Assembly: GCF_006345805.1 (NCBI RefSeq) | Contig: NC_043010.1 | Coordinates: 310,001-374,000 of the forward strand | Source of the DNA: Octopus sinensis | Lineage: Eukaryota | DNA length: 64,000 nt | Direction of reading: 5' to 3' | Part shown: positions 38,276 to 48,520 of the stretch, in pieces | Position numbering within the stretch: the stretch's first letter is position 1 | Layout of the letters: each line of letters begins with the position of its first letter | Notes under the pieces: model-generated | What the model saw: the letters and a program-made list of their open reading frames with translations, nothing else | Databases searched by the model: none | What the model was told of the DNA's origin: nothing | Translations under genes and position numbers: made by a program

Positions 38276-38519
38276 AGGGATGGCCATGTGGTTAAGGACC
38301 TCGATTTGCAGCCACGTAGGTTTGGATTCTGTCCCACTGTGGGGCATCTTGGGCAACTGACTTCTAAAATAGGCCCGTGTCGACCAAGTCGGTCGTGTTT
38401 GTGTTTATGTCACTATTTGACAACCGGTGTCGTTTGTTTACGTCCCTGCAACTTAGTGGTTCAGCAAAAGAGACCAATAGAATAAGTACCAGACTTCAAT
38501 GAAAACTAGGGTCGATTTG
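38276..38519 (+). mobile_element. tRNA-derived SINE
   Basis: TGGCCATGTGGTTAAGG A-box, GGGCATCTTGGGCAA body, CAACCGGTGTCG...AATAGAATAAGTACCAG. Confidence 0.7.
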
Positions 38520-38905
38520 GGTAAATTTCTATATTAACACCCGCACGATTTTCACTAAGAAAAAAAAAATAATAACTCGGAGTTTTTGCGTGTAATCAAG
38601 TACACTGACCTCCTAATATGCTGCAAATCTCTTATTTTGGTTCGGAAGAAGGTGGGGGAGGAAGGTGAGCCCCCCCCCCATCCCGGAATCATTGGAAATT
38701 TTTTATTTTTTGTCGTTGAATGAATTCCTGGGGTCCGAAAAGCCGGGTAGGGTGAGGTAGAAGTCTAGGAAATTTCACCCCAACCCTCATTAATCTTTTC
38801 ACCCGCACGATTTTCACTAAGGAAAAAAATAATAATAAAAATCGCGCCCAAACTAATTTGTGTGTGTGGGAGAAAGATGAATGATTTAAAATAAATAAAT
38901 AAGCA

Positions 38906-39041
38906 TTATTTACATTCAACGGATATTTGTATTTGTCCTCATCTTGTTGACGCAACGTTTCGCCTGATATACCCTCCAGCCTTCATCAGGTGTCTTGAGG
39001 TAATTTCGAACCTGGGTTCTCATTCCTAAGGTATTTTTCGA

Positions 39042-39073
<32 letters not shown>

Positions 39074-39233
39074 TATTATTGTTCAGGTCACTGCTTGGAA
39101 TCGAACTCGGAATCTTGGGGTTAGTAGCCTGCGCTCATAACCACTACGCCATATGCCCTCAAACGAGATGAGGACAAATATCCGTTGAATGTAAATAATG
39201 CACATAATTCCTCATCTCTTAAACATAGAACTG
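38906..39233 (-). mobile_element. tRNA-headed, hammerhead-containing SINE-like element with inverted tail copy and 13-bp flanking duplication
   Basis: Head 39158-39086 with TGGCGTAGTGG and GAGTTCGATTCC; (AAT)n linker; HHR 38994-38949; tail repeated inverted at 39161-39197; AAATAAATAAGCA at 38893-38905 and 39234-39246. Confidence 0.85.
38949..38994 (-). ncRNA. minimal type I hammerhead ribozyme
   Basis: GACAC-CUGAUGA-A-GGCUG(GAGGGUAUAU)CAGGC-GAAACGUU-GCGUC; all core nucleotides intact, one mismatch in each of stems I and II. Confidence 0.85.
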
Positions 39234-41020
39234 AAATAAATAAGCAATTAAAAATAAATATATCTTAATTGTTGTGTCAGAAAGGATATATATATTCTTC
39301 TTAGTGAAAATCGTGCAGGTGTTAATATACAAATTTACCTTGCTGAAGCACACCAAAAGATAAAATAATCTTGTAATAGACTAGGTAGTTTTTTTTTTAA
39401 GCCATATAGTTTATAAGAACACTTTTCAACTGTTTAGTGGTTCATTTCCGCCATTGGGTAAGTGTCTTGTAAGATAATCACAGGTCAGCTAAATCCTTGT
39501 TGGTGGAATTTGAACTTGTATGCAAGCCTGTTGGCTGAACTGTCCAGTTCTTAGTTGGGTAGACTTAGATTAGTGTCACTTTAGTGTGCGATCTACGTGA
39601 CCATTTACATTTTAGCATGCAATCTAACCATAACCTTTACTCTAAACTGGTGGTTCTCAACCAATTTTTGCTTATGGTCTCCTTTGATATGCTATTCTGG
39701 TGGCCATCCCATAGCCATTCGATGTTTAAAAACTAGTTTTATAGATACTTTTTTAGATGTTATATGTTGTGGTGTCATCTATTGAGACTCTCAGAAGGCT
39801 CTTATGCTATTGTGGTGGAAGGAACCCAGTAAAGAATGTATAAAACACAAGGTGGTAACTATTTTAACACATTTTTTTGTGGTCACACACACATATACAC
39901 AATGGAATGCTGAATAGAATGATTGATGGACTTTTATATATATCTACAGGCATTTGCATGGGTTGTATGTAAGCTGTTAACCCTGGTGAGAAGCTGACGA
40001 ACAGCGATGTAGGAACCAGAGCAGTGTGTTGGTGCTGTGTAGACATTGACGATGTTGGTGAGAGACATCTGGTGTGGCAGCGAAGATGGTTAGTGGTTAG
40101 ATCTTAGAAAGTCTAGAACCAACTGACCCCGAGCCTAAGAAGAGGTAAGCTTTTATAGCTGACAGGTAGCCTCAAATACTTGTTTGGAACAGACTGTCTC
40201 ATATGACTTATTTGCAGGTTGTAATTGGTTGGGTTGCATATTGGCGCATGATAGAATATGAAACAAAGTGTGCCAATATCAACCAATTGGAGTGGTAGAC
40301 ATAATGGGGTCCAAAACAGTGCCCAACGGCTAGCTACATTTGTATGTACTTGATATAAGAGAGGACGCTCACTAGAGTTCACTACACTTCTTTTTGTTAT
40401 TCACATGTTAACTTGTGTAGGTTGAACTATATGAAATGTTAGAGAATGAAACCTAGCTGTTTCTTGTAATATATTTAAATTAAAACTTTTCATGGACCCT
40501 TAAAACTCTATAGTGGATCCTTAATTTACTGTTTTGCAAGCATGATGGGCTTTCATACAGTTTTTGTCCAAATTTACTCATAGTTCACTGAAAATTGATT
40601 CCCCAGCATGGCTGCAATTCACTAAATTGAACCCAATAAAAAATAGTAAAATAAAATAAAAAGAAATAATTTTCATCATCCTTTTTACATCTGTTTTACC
40701 ATCCTGGCTGCATGGGATCGGGTCACTTTCAACAGTGTCTCTTCACTTATCGCAGGCCATCATCATCCCCTTTGTGATGCTCAGTATACTGCAATCAGCT
40801 CTTACCACTTCTTCTCATGTCTTCTTTGGTTCTCTCTCTTCTGCAAGCTCCTTAGGCTTGCATGGTTTGACACTTTTTTTTCTTCTTAATAATCATTCTG
40901 TTATTTAATCTAAAACCTTTTATTTTTTTTATTCAACAGATATGGGGGAGAGAAGCCTATAAAGTCACAGCCAACGCCAAAGCAACCAGTTTCGATATTG
41001 ACGATCCAGTTACTGCTAAG

Positions 41021-41746
41021 ATGGACACAGACTGTTATAATATTTCAAGCCAACCTGATGATGTTATAGATATAAGTAATGATGATGATGAAGAGGAGGA
41101 GGAGGAGGAAGAGCCTATTTATAACATCAGTGACAGTGAAAAGGAGCAAAATGACAGGCAGTCTTCGTTGCATGCAAACTCTAAACAGACTGAACAGAAA
41201 ACAAAATCGAAATGGAAATCCACGCCTCTCTGTTTGTTCCACTGTGAGTTCTGTGACCAACAGTTTTTGGACAGTGAACTTCTTGCACTTCACCGAAGGC
41301 GTCACCATCCTGTTTCCCAGGTGACCCAAAACGTTGGGGACAGTACTACAAATCAGGTTGAGATTAGAATTGATGACAGCAGCAGTGAGAGTGAGATGAA
41401 TGAAGGTGAGCTTTACCACTGTGAAGTTTGTGGCAAGCTGTTTACAGATGCCAGTCTGGTGCAGCAGCATCGCCGTGCTCATTATGGTGTCAAACTATTC
41501 CAGTGTGATGTTTGCGGCAAGAACTTTTCCGAGAGGAGTCACCTGTCACGCCACAAACGCACCCACACAGGAGAGAGACCATTTGGCTGTGATATATGTG
41601 GCAAGTATTTTGCCCGCTCAGACAAACTCCTCAGACACAAACGAATACACACGGGAGAGAAACCATATCACTGTGAAATATGTGGTAAAGTGTTTGGGAG
41701 ATCCGATAAACTGTTACAACATAAACGAACACATTTGGAGAATTAG
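41021..41746 (+). CDS. C2H2 zinc-finger protein, 241 aa, acidic N-terminus, one isolated plus four tandem fingers
   Basis: Uninterrupted ORF; CEFC..HRRRH, CEVC..HRRAH, CDVC..HKRTH-TGERPF, CDIC..HKRIH-TGEKPY, CEIC..HKRTH; acceptor poly(T)-CAACAG ending 40939; AAGATGG Kozak context. Confidence 0.95.
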   Translation: MDTDCYNISSQPDDVIDISNDDDEEEEEEEEPIYNISDSEKEQNDRQSSLHANSKQTEQKTKSKWKSTPLCLFHCEFCDQQFLDSELLALHRRRHHPVSQVTQNVGDSTTNQVEIRIDDSSSESEMNEGELYHCEVCGKLFTDASLVQQHRRAHYGVKLFQCDVCGKNFSERSHLSRHKRTHTGERPFGCDICGKYFARSDKLLRHKRIHTGEKPYHCEICGKVFGRSDKLLQHKRTHLEN

Positions 41747-42479
41747 TGTTAGAGATATATTTCTACTGCGAAGAGAGTTGTATTGAGACTGCAGAGCATC
41801 AGACTAGATATTTTAAAGTGTTTAGTTTTGTCTTTCTGCAATCTAAGATCAAATTCTGTCAAAGTTCACATACACAATTATATTTTATACTCTACAGCAA
41901 AGGTGAATCACAAGTACATACGAACCTGCTGAGTTCAGATATGTCCTCAGAAAAATAATGAAGCTTTATTTTATGCATGCAATCACACTAAGTAACATTA
42001 ATCAAATTGCAATGATGTATTAATTAACCAGTGATAATGATTTAAATCCTATAAAACCAGTGTATAATGTTTATGGTTTAATGGAATTTCTTCCCTTTCA
42101 TTATGATGAAAAATTTAGTTCTGTTTATTATTGGAAATATCAAGGCAGCTAGATGTGACTATTCTTAAATTGGTATGCAAGATTATTGAAAGTCTTGCAG
42201 CAAGTGGTGCTTGGCTAAATTTGAGGAAAATTGTTTATGTCAATAAGTGTAGGAAATAGGTGCAACTTGCAATTAGGGATTTTAATTAAAAGTGAATATT
42301 TTTCAGTATCTATACAAGATTTGTATTGGGTTATCAGATAAATTCATTCACTCTTTTCTCTATTTATTTAAATCATTTTCTTTCATCAATGATTTTAACA
42401 AATCAGTCAGTAATATATTTGCCTTCATTGTTCATGATTTCTTGCCAATGTTCCCCTATCTTGTTAATGCCATGACAGT

Positions 42480-43260
42480 ATAAATCACTGGGATTTGATC
42501 CAAAGAATTCATTTTTGGCTCCATGTCATTGTTGAACAAAATGTGTCACAGACTATTGGAGAGCAACAGAAAAAAGGGATGATCTGAGGTCGCTATGTCA
42601 GGAAAATACGGTGGATGCAGTAGAACTTCCCAACCACTTTGCATTTTTGGTCGAAGTAGGGATGTGGAGTCAAAAGATGTGTTGAAGAAACATGCCTTGT
42701 TGATTACCTTGTTGAGCCAGTGTATTTTTGAACATAAAAAGCTCTGCATTGACAGTGTGGTTGTTTTCAAGCATTTTGTAGTGGATTGGCCCTTCCTAGT
42801 CCTACAAATGCAGGTTGGCTTGGCTTGAGATGTTTCAGCCATTCATCCTTCTGCTTCATATTGACATAAAGACACTGTTTTTCATTGCTGGTGATGATGT
42901 GGTAAAGAAATCACTTTTTGTGTCCACAAGTAATCTGGTGTCAAGGAAGCAAACTGGTGGTGATAGAGGAGTGCTGCAGTTTGTTTCTTTTATTCAGAGC
43001 ATGTGGGCCCATACATTGAGTATTTGCACCTCACTCATCTAGTGAAGGTGATGAGCGATGGTGTCATGAGAGCATCCCATCTGCCGGGCCAATTTGCTTG
43101 TGGAATGGCATGGATGAGCTGGTTCAATTGATCCTCCTGGTCTGAACAGGTTAGCTGGATTGTAGAGAATCCAAGAGGTAAAGTACATCTTCTTGAATCA
43201 TGAAAACCATTTCTGTGTAGTTCTTTTAATAATAGTACATTCTCTGTACATAACACAAAT
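42480..43260 (-). mobile_element. mariner remnant
   Basis: GWEVLLHPPYFPDIATSDHPFFLLLSNSL in ORF 42546-42842. Confidence 0.75.
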
Positions 43261-43869
43261 GTCTCAAATGACTTTGAAGCTTTGGGACCTTGATTGAAAG
43301 CAAAGAGAAGCAGGTGTTGAAAATACCTGTCTTCTACTTAGCACTTTTTTGTCATATATTTGGTAAGGGGTAAAATTTATTCAAATTTCAAAAATGATAA
43401 AAGCTGTAAGGGAAGAAGAGGTACAAAAATAGAAACCTTAAAAGACTTCGATAAAAATGTTTTCCTGTTAATTGAAATAACATTGGAAAGAAACAAGTGA
43501 ATTTATCTGACAACCCAGTAAATTCCCAAATAGATAATCAATTAAATTAAGGTATGAAAGTATTTATTGTTATACTTGGGGATGGTCATATTTTACCAAT
43601 TAAACACACACTATACATTTGGCCTTCACTTCAGCTTTATTACTATTATTTTAGTTTCTTTGTCAAAGTTCTTTTGCTACATATTCTGTGACCTCTTCAG
43701 GTCCACAAAATGGAGTAAACAGAACAAGAGGAGACACATGGGATATAGAGTTGCTGAAGAGGTCACAGAATGTGCGATGAAAGAACTTTGACAAAGAAAC
43801 TAAAATAATAATAACAAGTGGACTCAGAGAGTGCAAACGTCCACCAAGGCAACATCAATGTCCTCTCAA

Positions 43870-44195
43870 CAATTAGCCAGAGATGATTTTTAAAATGAGA
43901 ATATCTGAAATAAACTCGACTGCTCTCACAAATGGGAATACTAAAAATGAACCCGACCGCTCTCAAAAATTAAGTGAAAAAACAGGAAAAAATAATCCAA
44001 AATCCTTGTCTGGTACTAGATTGATCCCAAAACCTAATCAGTTCATACCAGTCATGAGGCCAAGCATTCCTGAAAGTTTCATCCGAATCCATCCAGCAGT
44101 TCTTGGAATATCTTCTTATCCATGGACAAAAAAACAAACAAACAAATAAACACAACTGAAAACAATACCTCTGCCTTCAGGCAAAGGTAATAATA
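43870..44195 (-). mobile_element. Helentron-associated (HINE/DINE-like) non-autonomous element
   Basis: Minus strand starts ATTACCTTTGCCTGAAGGCAGAGGTATTG (hairpin), then (TTTG)n and CTGGATGGATTCGGATGAAACTTT; similar remnants near 36530-36700 and 50860-51010. Confidence 0.5.
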
Positions 44196-44650
44196 AAGCC
44201 AAAGTGAAGACCAAATATATAGTGTATGCGTTTAATGAGCAAAATATGACTGTCCTCAAGTATAACAGTATTTCTTTCAACACATGATTTCTTATCAAGA
44301 ATCCTGCAAACCAAATACATAAATTTATGAAAGTATTATCTTATTTTATGTGAACATGGAATCTCTGGTCACATCTGGCTTGACATCAAAAACAGTTTTG
44401 CATGTTCATAGTTCAATGTCATGATTTTATAAATCTTAAAACAGGCTTTAAAACATCCTGCAAAATACTCCATTAGTTCTGGTTTCTGTTCTTTCAGTGC
44501 TTGAAAATGTACCACAGATTGATTTTTTTTTTTTTTCTTTTTTCCTTGCAGTTGAGTTACAAATGGCATAGATTTAGAGCTCCTGATATTAGTAAAAGAA
44601 GAGACAATAGGTTTATTCAACTCTTCTAATTTCAAACTTAGATAATTTAA

Positions 44651-44785
44651 CCCTTTAGCATTCAGACTGGCCATATGCAACTCTAAATGTTTTATGTTCA
44701 AACTGACCAGATCCAGCCTCTCACACCTACCCTACAATGCCATTCTAACAGTTGTATTTAACAGAATAATCTGAATGCTAAAGGG
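44651..44785. mobile_element. piggyBac-type MITE
   Basis: Perfect TIR CCCTTTAGCATTCAGA / TCTGAATGCTAAAGGG flanked by TTAA on both sides. Confidence 0.88.
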
Positions 44786-46848
44786 TTAAAAAACTGGTGA
44801 CATTAACCCAAAAATCCAAATCACATCAACATTTTAATCCTCTTACATTCCATAATGGAAATATTTTTAATAACCATGAAGTGTATTGCTTCATCTTACA
44901 ACTCATAGAAGTGATTTTGCCTGTGCTTTTTTTCTTACCCCAAAAATCTCACATAAAACAAGTCCTTCAAGGTTTCTGTAAATTCTCCTATTTTGTATCA
45001 TGTTATTACATTTTCTTACCATTTTTATCTTGTTCATTTTTAGAGAATATAGACCAAATTTTGATGCTAGACAAGACAAACAAAACTACAAAAGTCTTAG
45101 GATCCAGTTGATGTGTCTCCAAGTCTTCATTGATTAACATCGATTGTGAAATCCTATAAGAAATGGTACACCATCTGTAATGAGACTTGAGTTATACAAT
45201 GAATCAAAATCAATTATGACCTCTGAAAATAAGGAGTGGATGCATGGTTAAGAAGCTCGCTTAACCATATGGTCTCCAAATCAGTCCCACTGCACAACAC
45301 CTTGGACAAGTATCTTCTATTATAGCTCCAGGCAAAGCAAAGCCTTGTGAGTGGATTTTGTAGACGGAAACTGGAAAAAGTTCATCATATATGAGTACAT
45401 GTATGTATGCTGACTTGACAACATGTGATGGTTGTAAGTGCAAATTTCCATCATACAACTAATGTTGTTGTTTCTAGTCTCTGTTGCCAACTCTCATCTG
45501 TTTCCAGATATGGCCATGCTTGGAAACAGGTGATGGTTGGCAACAGAAAGAACATCTGGCCATAGAAAATATGCTTTAACAAGTTTCATCTGATCCATGC
45601 AAACATGAGGAAGTGGACATTAATTAATGATGATCTCTAGATGTTTCATGTCTTGCTATTGTTCTGTGTACATCATTTAAAGCCAAATATGGTCTGTTGT
45701 CTCATCTACAGCTATGGAACAAAACACCAGTTTCTGATGATATGTGTTTAAAGAATAGCCAACAGTCATTAACCCTGTCTTTTTTTTTTTTGCAATCAGA
45801 GACTGTCCTCTATAATTATCATCACTTTAACATTTACTTTTCCTATGCTTGCATGGAAATGTTTTTATACAGTTTATAATATTTATTTAAAAGCTTTGAT
45901 AAATGTAAACAAATAAGCATAGGTGCAGGCGTGGCTGTCTGTGCTTCTGGGTTCAGTCCCACAGCATGACATGTTGGGCAAGTGTCTTCTACTACAGCCT
46001 CAAGCCAACCAAAGCCTATATCTTGAGAGGGCATTAAAAGTAAATTAATGTTTCTCATTGAAAACAGACGCTGATTTTTTTCTCATCACTGCATTGCAGT
46101 ATAAAAGAATTTACAACATAAACAATAATATTTGTATCAAATATATTTAAATTGCTAAAAAGTGAGCTGACTTGAACTGTAGAGCTCTGAACTAGACATT
46201 TTATAGTTTTTAATTTTGTGTTGCTACAATCTGGGTTCACTTCCCATCCAAACTTCAAATTTTGCTTTCATACCATCTATAAAAGTGGAATATCATATGA
46301 TGCCAGAATGAATGCTTTACCATTTAATAATCCTTTCTACTATAGTCACAAGGCCTGGAATTTTGAGGGGAGGGAGCTAGTCAATTACATCGACCCCAGT
46401 GCTCCACTGGTACTTATTTTATCTGCCCCAAAAGAATGAAAGACTAAGTTGACCCCTGTGGCAGGCATTTGAACCCAAAATGTAGAGAGGGACAAAATGC
46501 TGCTAAGCATTTTGCCTGGCATGCTAACAATTCAGACAACTCACTGCCATTTTTACCATCTAATAATATATGGGTTAGGTGATTAAGAAATATTTATGCA
46601 TCAATGTAACTTACAGTAAATGAAAGATATCTTTTTTTTTATTGAGAAAATGTTAAAATTCTACTTTTAATATATTTTCTTAAAAATGTAGATTTTTATG
46701 CCACTTTTATTAAAGTGGTTCTCAACTCCATAATCACATCATAAAACAAATTTCAATTCCTTGTGAAATGTACTTCCTGTCTCCCGCTTTGAATCAATTT
46801 CTTTTCAACTTCCAACTATCATAAAATTACCATGTGTGTATTTAGATT

Positions 46849-47266
46849 AGGATCTTTATGGTTTGAATGGCAGTTTTTAACATAATTTCTAGGTAACTAA
46901 AAAATTTTAAACTTTGTATACTGGTAGAATGTGTTTATAAAACATCTTTTTCTCTTGGCTTTATTGAGAAAATTCTATAGTTTGTAAGATATTTGTTGTT
47001 TTTTTTCTTCAATTTCTGCAATTTCAACCAATCAATGACCGTTTATTGAGGTGAAAACATTCTGTGCCGTATGAATATGTCCCTCGTTTAAGAAACAGAT
47101 TGGGTTTATTTACATTTCTGAAGAAATAAAGTTACCCTTCTCCCACCCCTAACCCTAACCCTAAAACAGATTGAAATACAATAGATCGATACTAGGGTCA
47201 TAATTATGGGTGACAATTTCATATGACACCGCTAGAAAAAACTGCCGTTCAAACCGAAAAGATCCT
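46849..47266. mobile_element. MITE with ~30-bp TIRs and 6-bp target duplication
   Basis: AGGATCTTT(AT/TC)GGTTTGAA(T/C)GGCAGTTTTT inverted; TAGATT at 46843-46848 and 47267-47272. Confidence 0.85.
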
Positions 47267-47774
47267 TAGATTATATATTTTCGAGGACATCTGTGACACT
47301 GTGCACCTTTTGAGAAGGAGGAAAATAATTTTGAAAATTTTAATACTTTAGCCTTTAGGTTATTCTTAACAGTATGTCTATGTCACTCAGTTAGTGAATC
47401 TTAATAATTCTTTAACTATAATTTGGGAAATCCTTCAGTTTACAACATTTATTTCCCTTCCATGGAGGTGAATCAGTTTCATAAAAATCCTCCGTCAGAG
47501 CCCTAATTTGTATTGATTTTTCTGTCCATTTAAATATTGACAATGAAGCAAACATTATTTACTTTATGATGGAAAGAAAGTAAACAAACAGGCCATTTGA
47601 CAGAATTGAAAAAAAAAAAAAAAAAGAAGCCCTTATAAAGGATATAATATTGTTAGAGTGTTTCAAAGATGTGAAACTGCTGTTGTAAACTCAAGGATTG
47701 CTCTATTTCATCTTTTATGTCTCTGTCTAGAAGCAGAAGTCAAATTTAAAGTTCGTAAATGAAAGCAATAAATA

Positions 47775-48265
47775 TCATCATCATCATTTAATGTCCGTTT
47801 TCCATGCCAGCATGGAGTGGACGGTTTGACTGGGGTCTGGTAAGCCATGGAGGCTGCACCAGGCTCCAGTCTGATTTGGCAGTGTTTCTACAGCTGGATA
47901 CCCTTCCTAACGCCAACCACTCCGTGAGTGTAGTGGGTGTTTTTTACGTGCCACCGACACAGGAGCCAGCACAGGCTGGCAAACAGCCACAATCAGTTGG
48001 TACTTTTACGTGTCACCGACACGGACGCCAGTCAGGCAACGCTAGTAACTGCCACGCTCGAACGGTGCTTTTACATGTCACCAGCACTACAATTACCATT
48101 CGAATTTTTGATGTTGACGAACTTGACTCAACAGGTCTCCTCAAGAACAGCGGGTCACTCTACGATCCAAGGTAAGCACAGCAGGCTGTCCTGCGAGCAT
48201 GAACTCACTTCATTTGTCGAGTCTTCTAAGTCACAGCATATCTCCAGAGGTCTCGGTCTTTCGTA
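47775..48265 (-). mobile_element. RTE LINE 3' end including end of ORF and full 3' UTR
   Basis: Minus strand DRDLWRYAV..KTR-like ORF end, GAGACCTGTTGAGTCAAGT shared with about 4920-4945, three repeat heads, (GAT)n tail. Confidence 0.85.
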
Positions 48266-48292
48266 TGTATATATATATATATATATATATAA

Positions 48293-48520
48293 GGTGCAGG
48301 AGTGGCTGTGTGGTAAGTAGCTTGCTTACTAACCACATGGTTCCGGATTCAGCCCCACTGTGTGGAACCTTGGGCAAGTGTATTCTATGGCCTCGGGCCA
48401 ACCAAATCGTTGTGAGTGGGTTTGGTAGATGGAAAGAATAAGTTCTGGAGTTAATTTGCTTGACTAAAGGCAGTGCTCCAGCATGGGAGCAGTTAAATGA
48501 CTGAAACAAGTAAAAGGGCA
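48293..48520 (+). mobile_element. tRNA-derived SINE
   Basis: GGAGTGGCTGTGTGGTAAG head, GGATTCAGCCCC B-box-like, tail GGCAGTGCTCCAGCATGG...GACTGAAAC. Confidence 0.78.

Larger units (their letters stand above)
38520..39339. mobile_element. non-autonomous DNA transposon with ~41-bp TIRs, interrupted by the HHR-SINE
   Basis: GGTAAATTT(C/G)TATATTAACACC(C/T)GCACGATTTTCACTAAGA at both ends inverted; TTG on both flanks. Confidence 0.8.

Noticed and set aside
39086-39158. Functional tRNA gene
   Set aside because: Acceptor and T stems do not pair properly; interpreted as a SINE head.
39950-40144. Candidate coding exon extending the ZNF ORF (27 open codons precede the ATG at 41021)
   Set aside because: It has AG/GT boundaries but multiple stops in the required phase; at best a non-coding exon.
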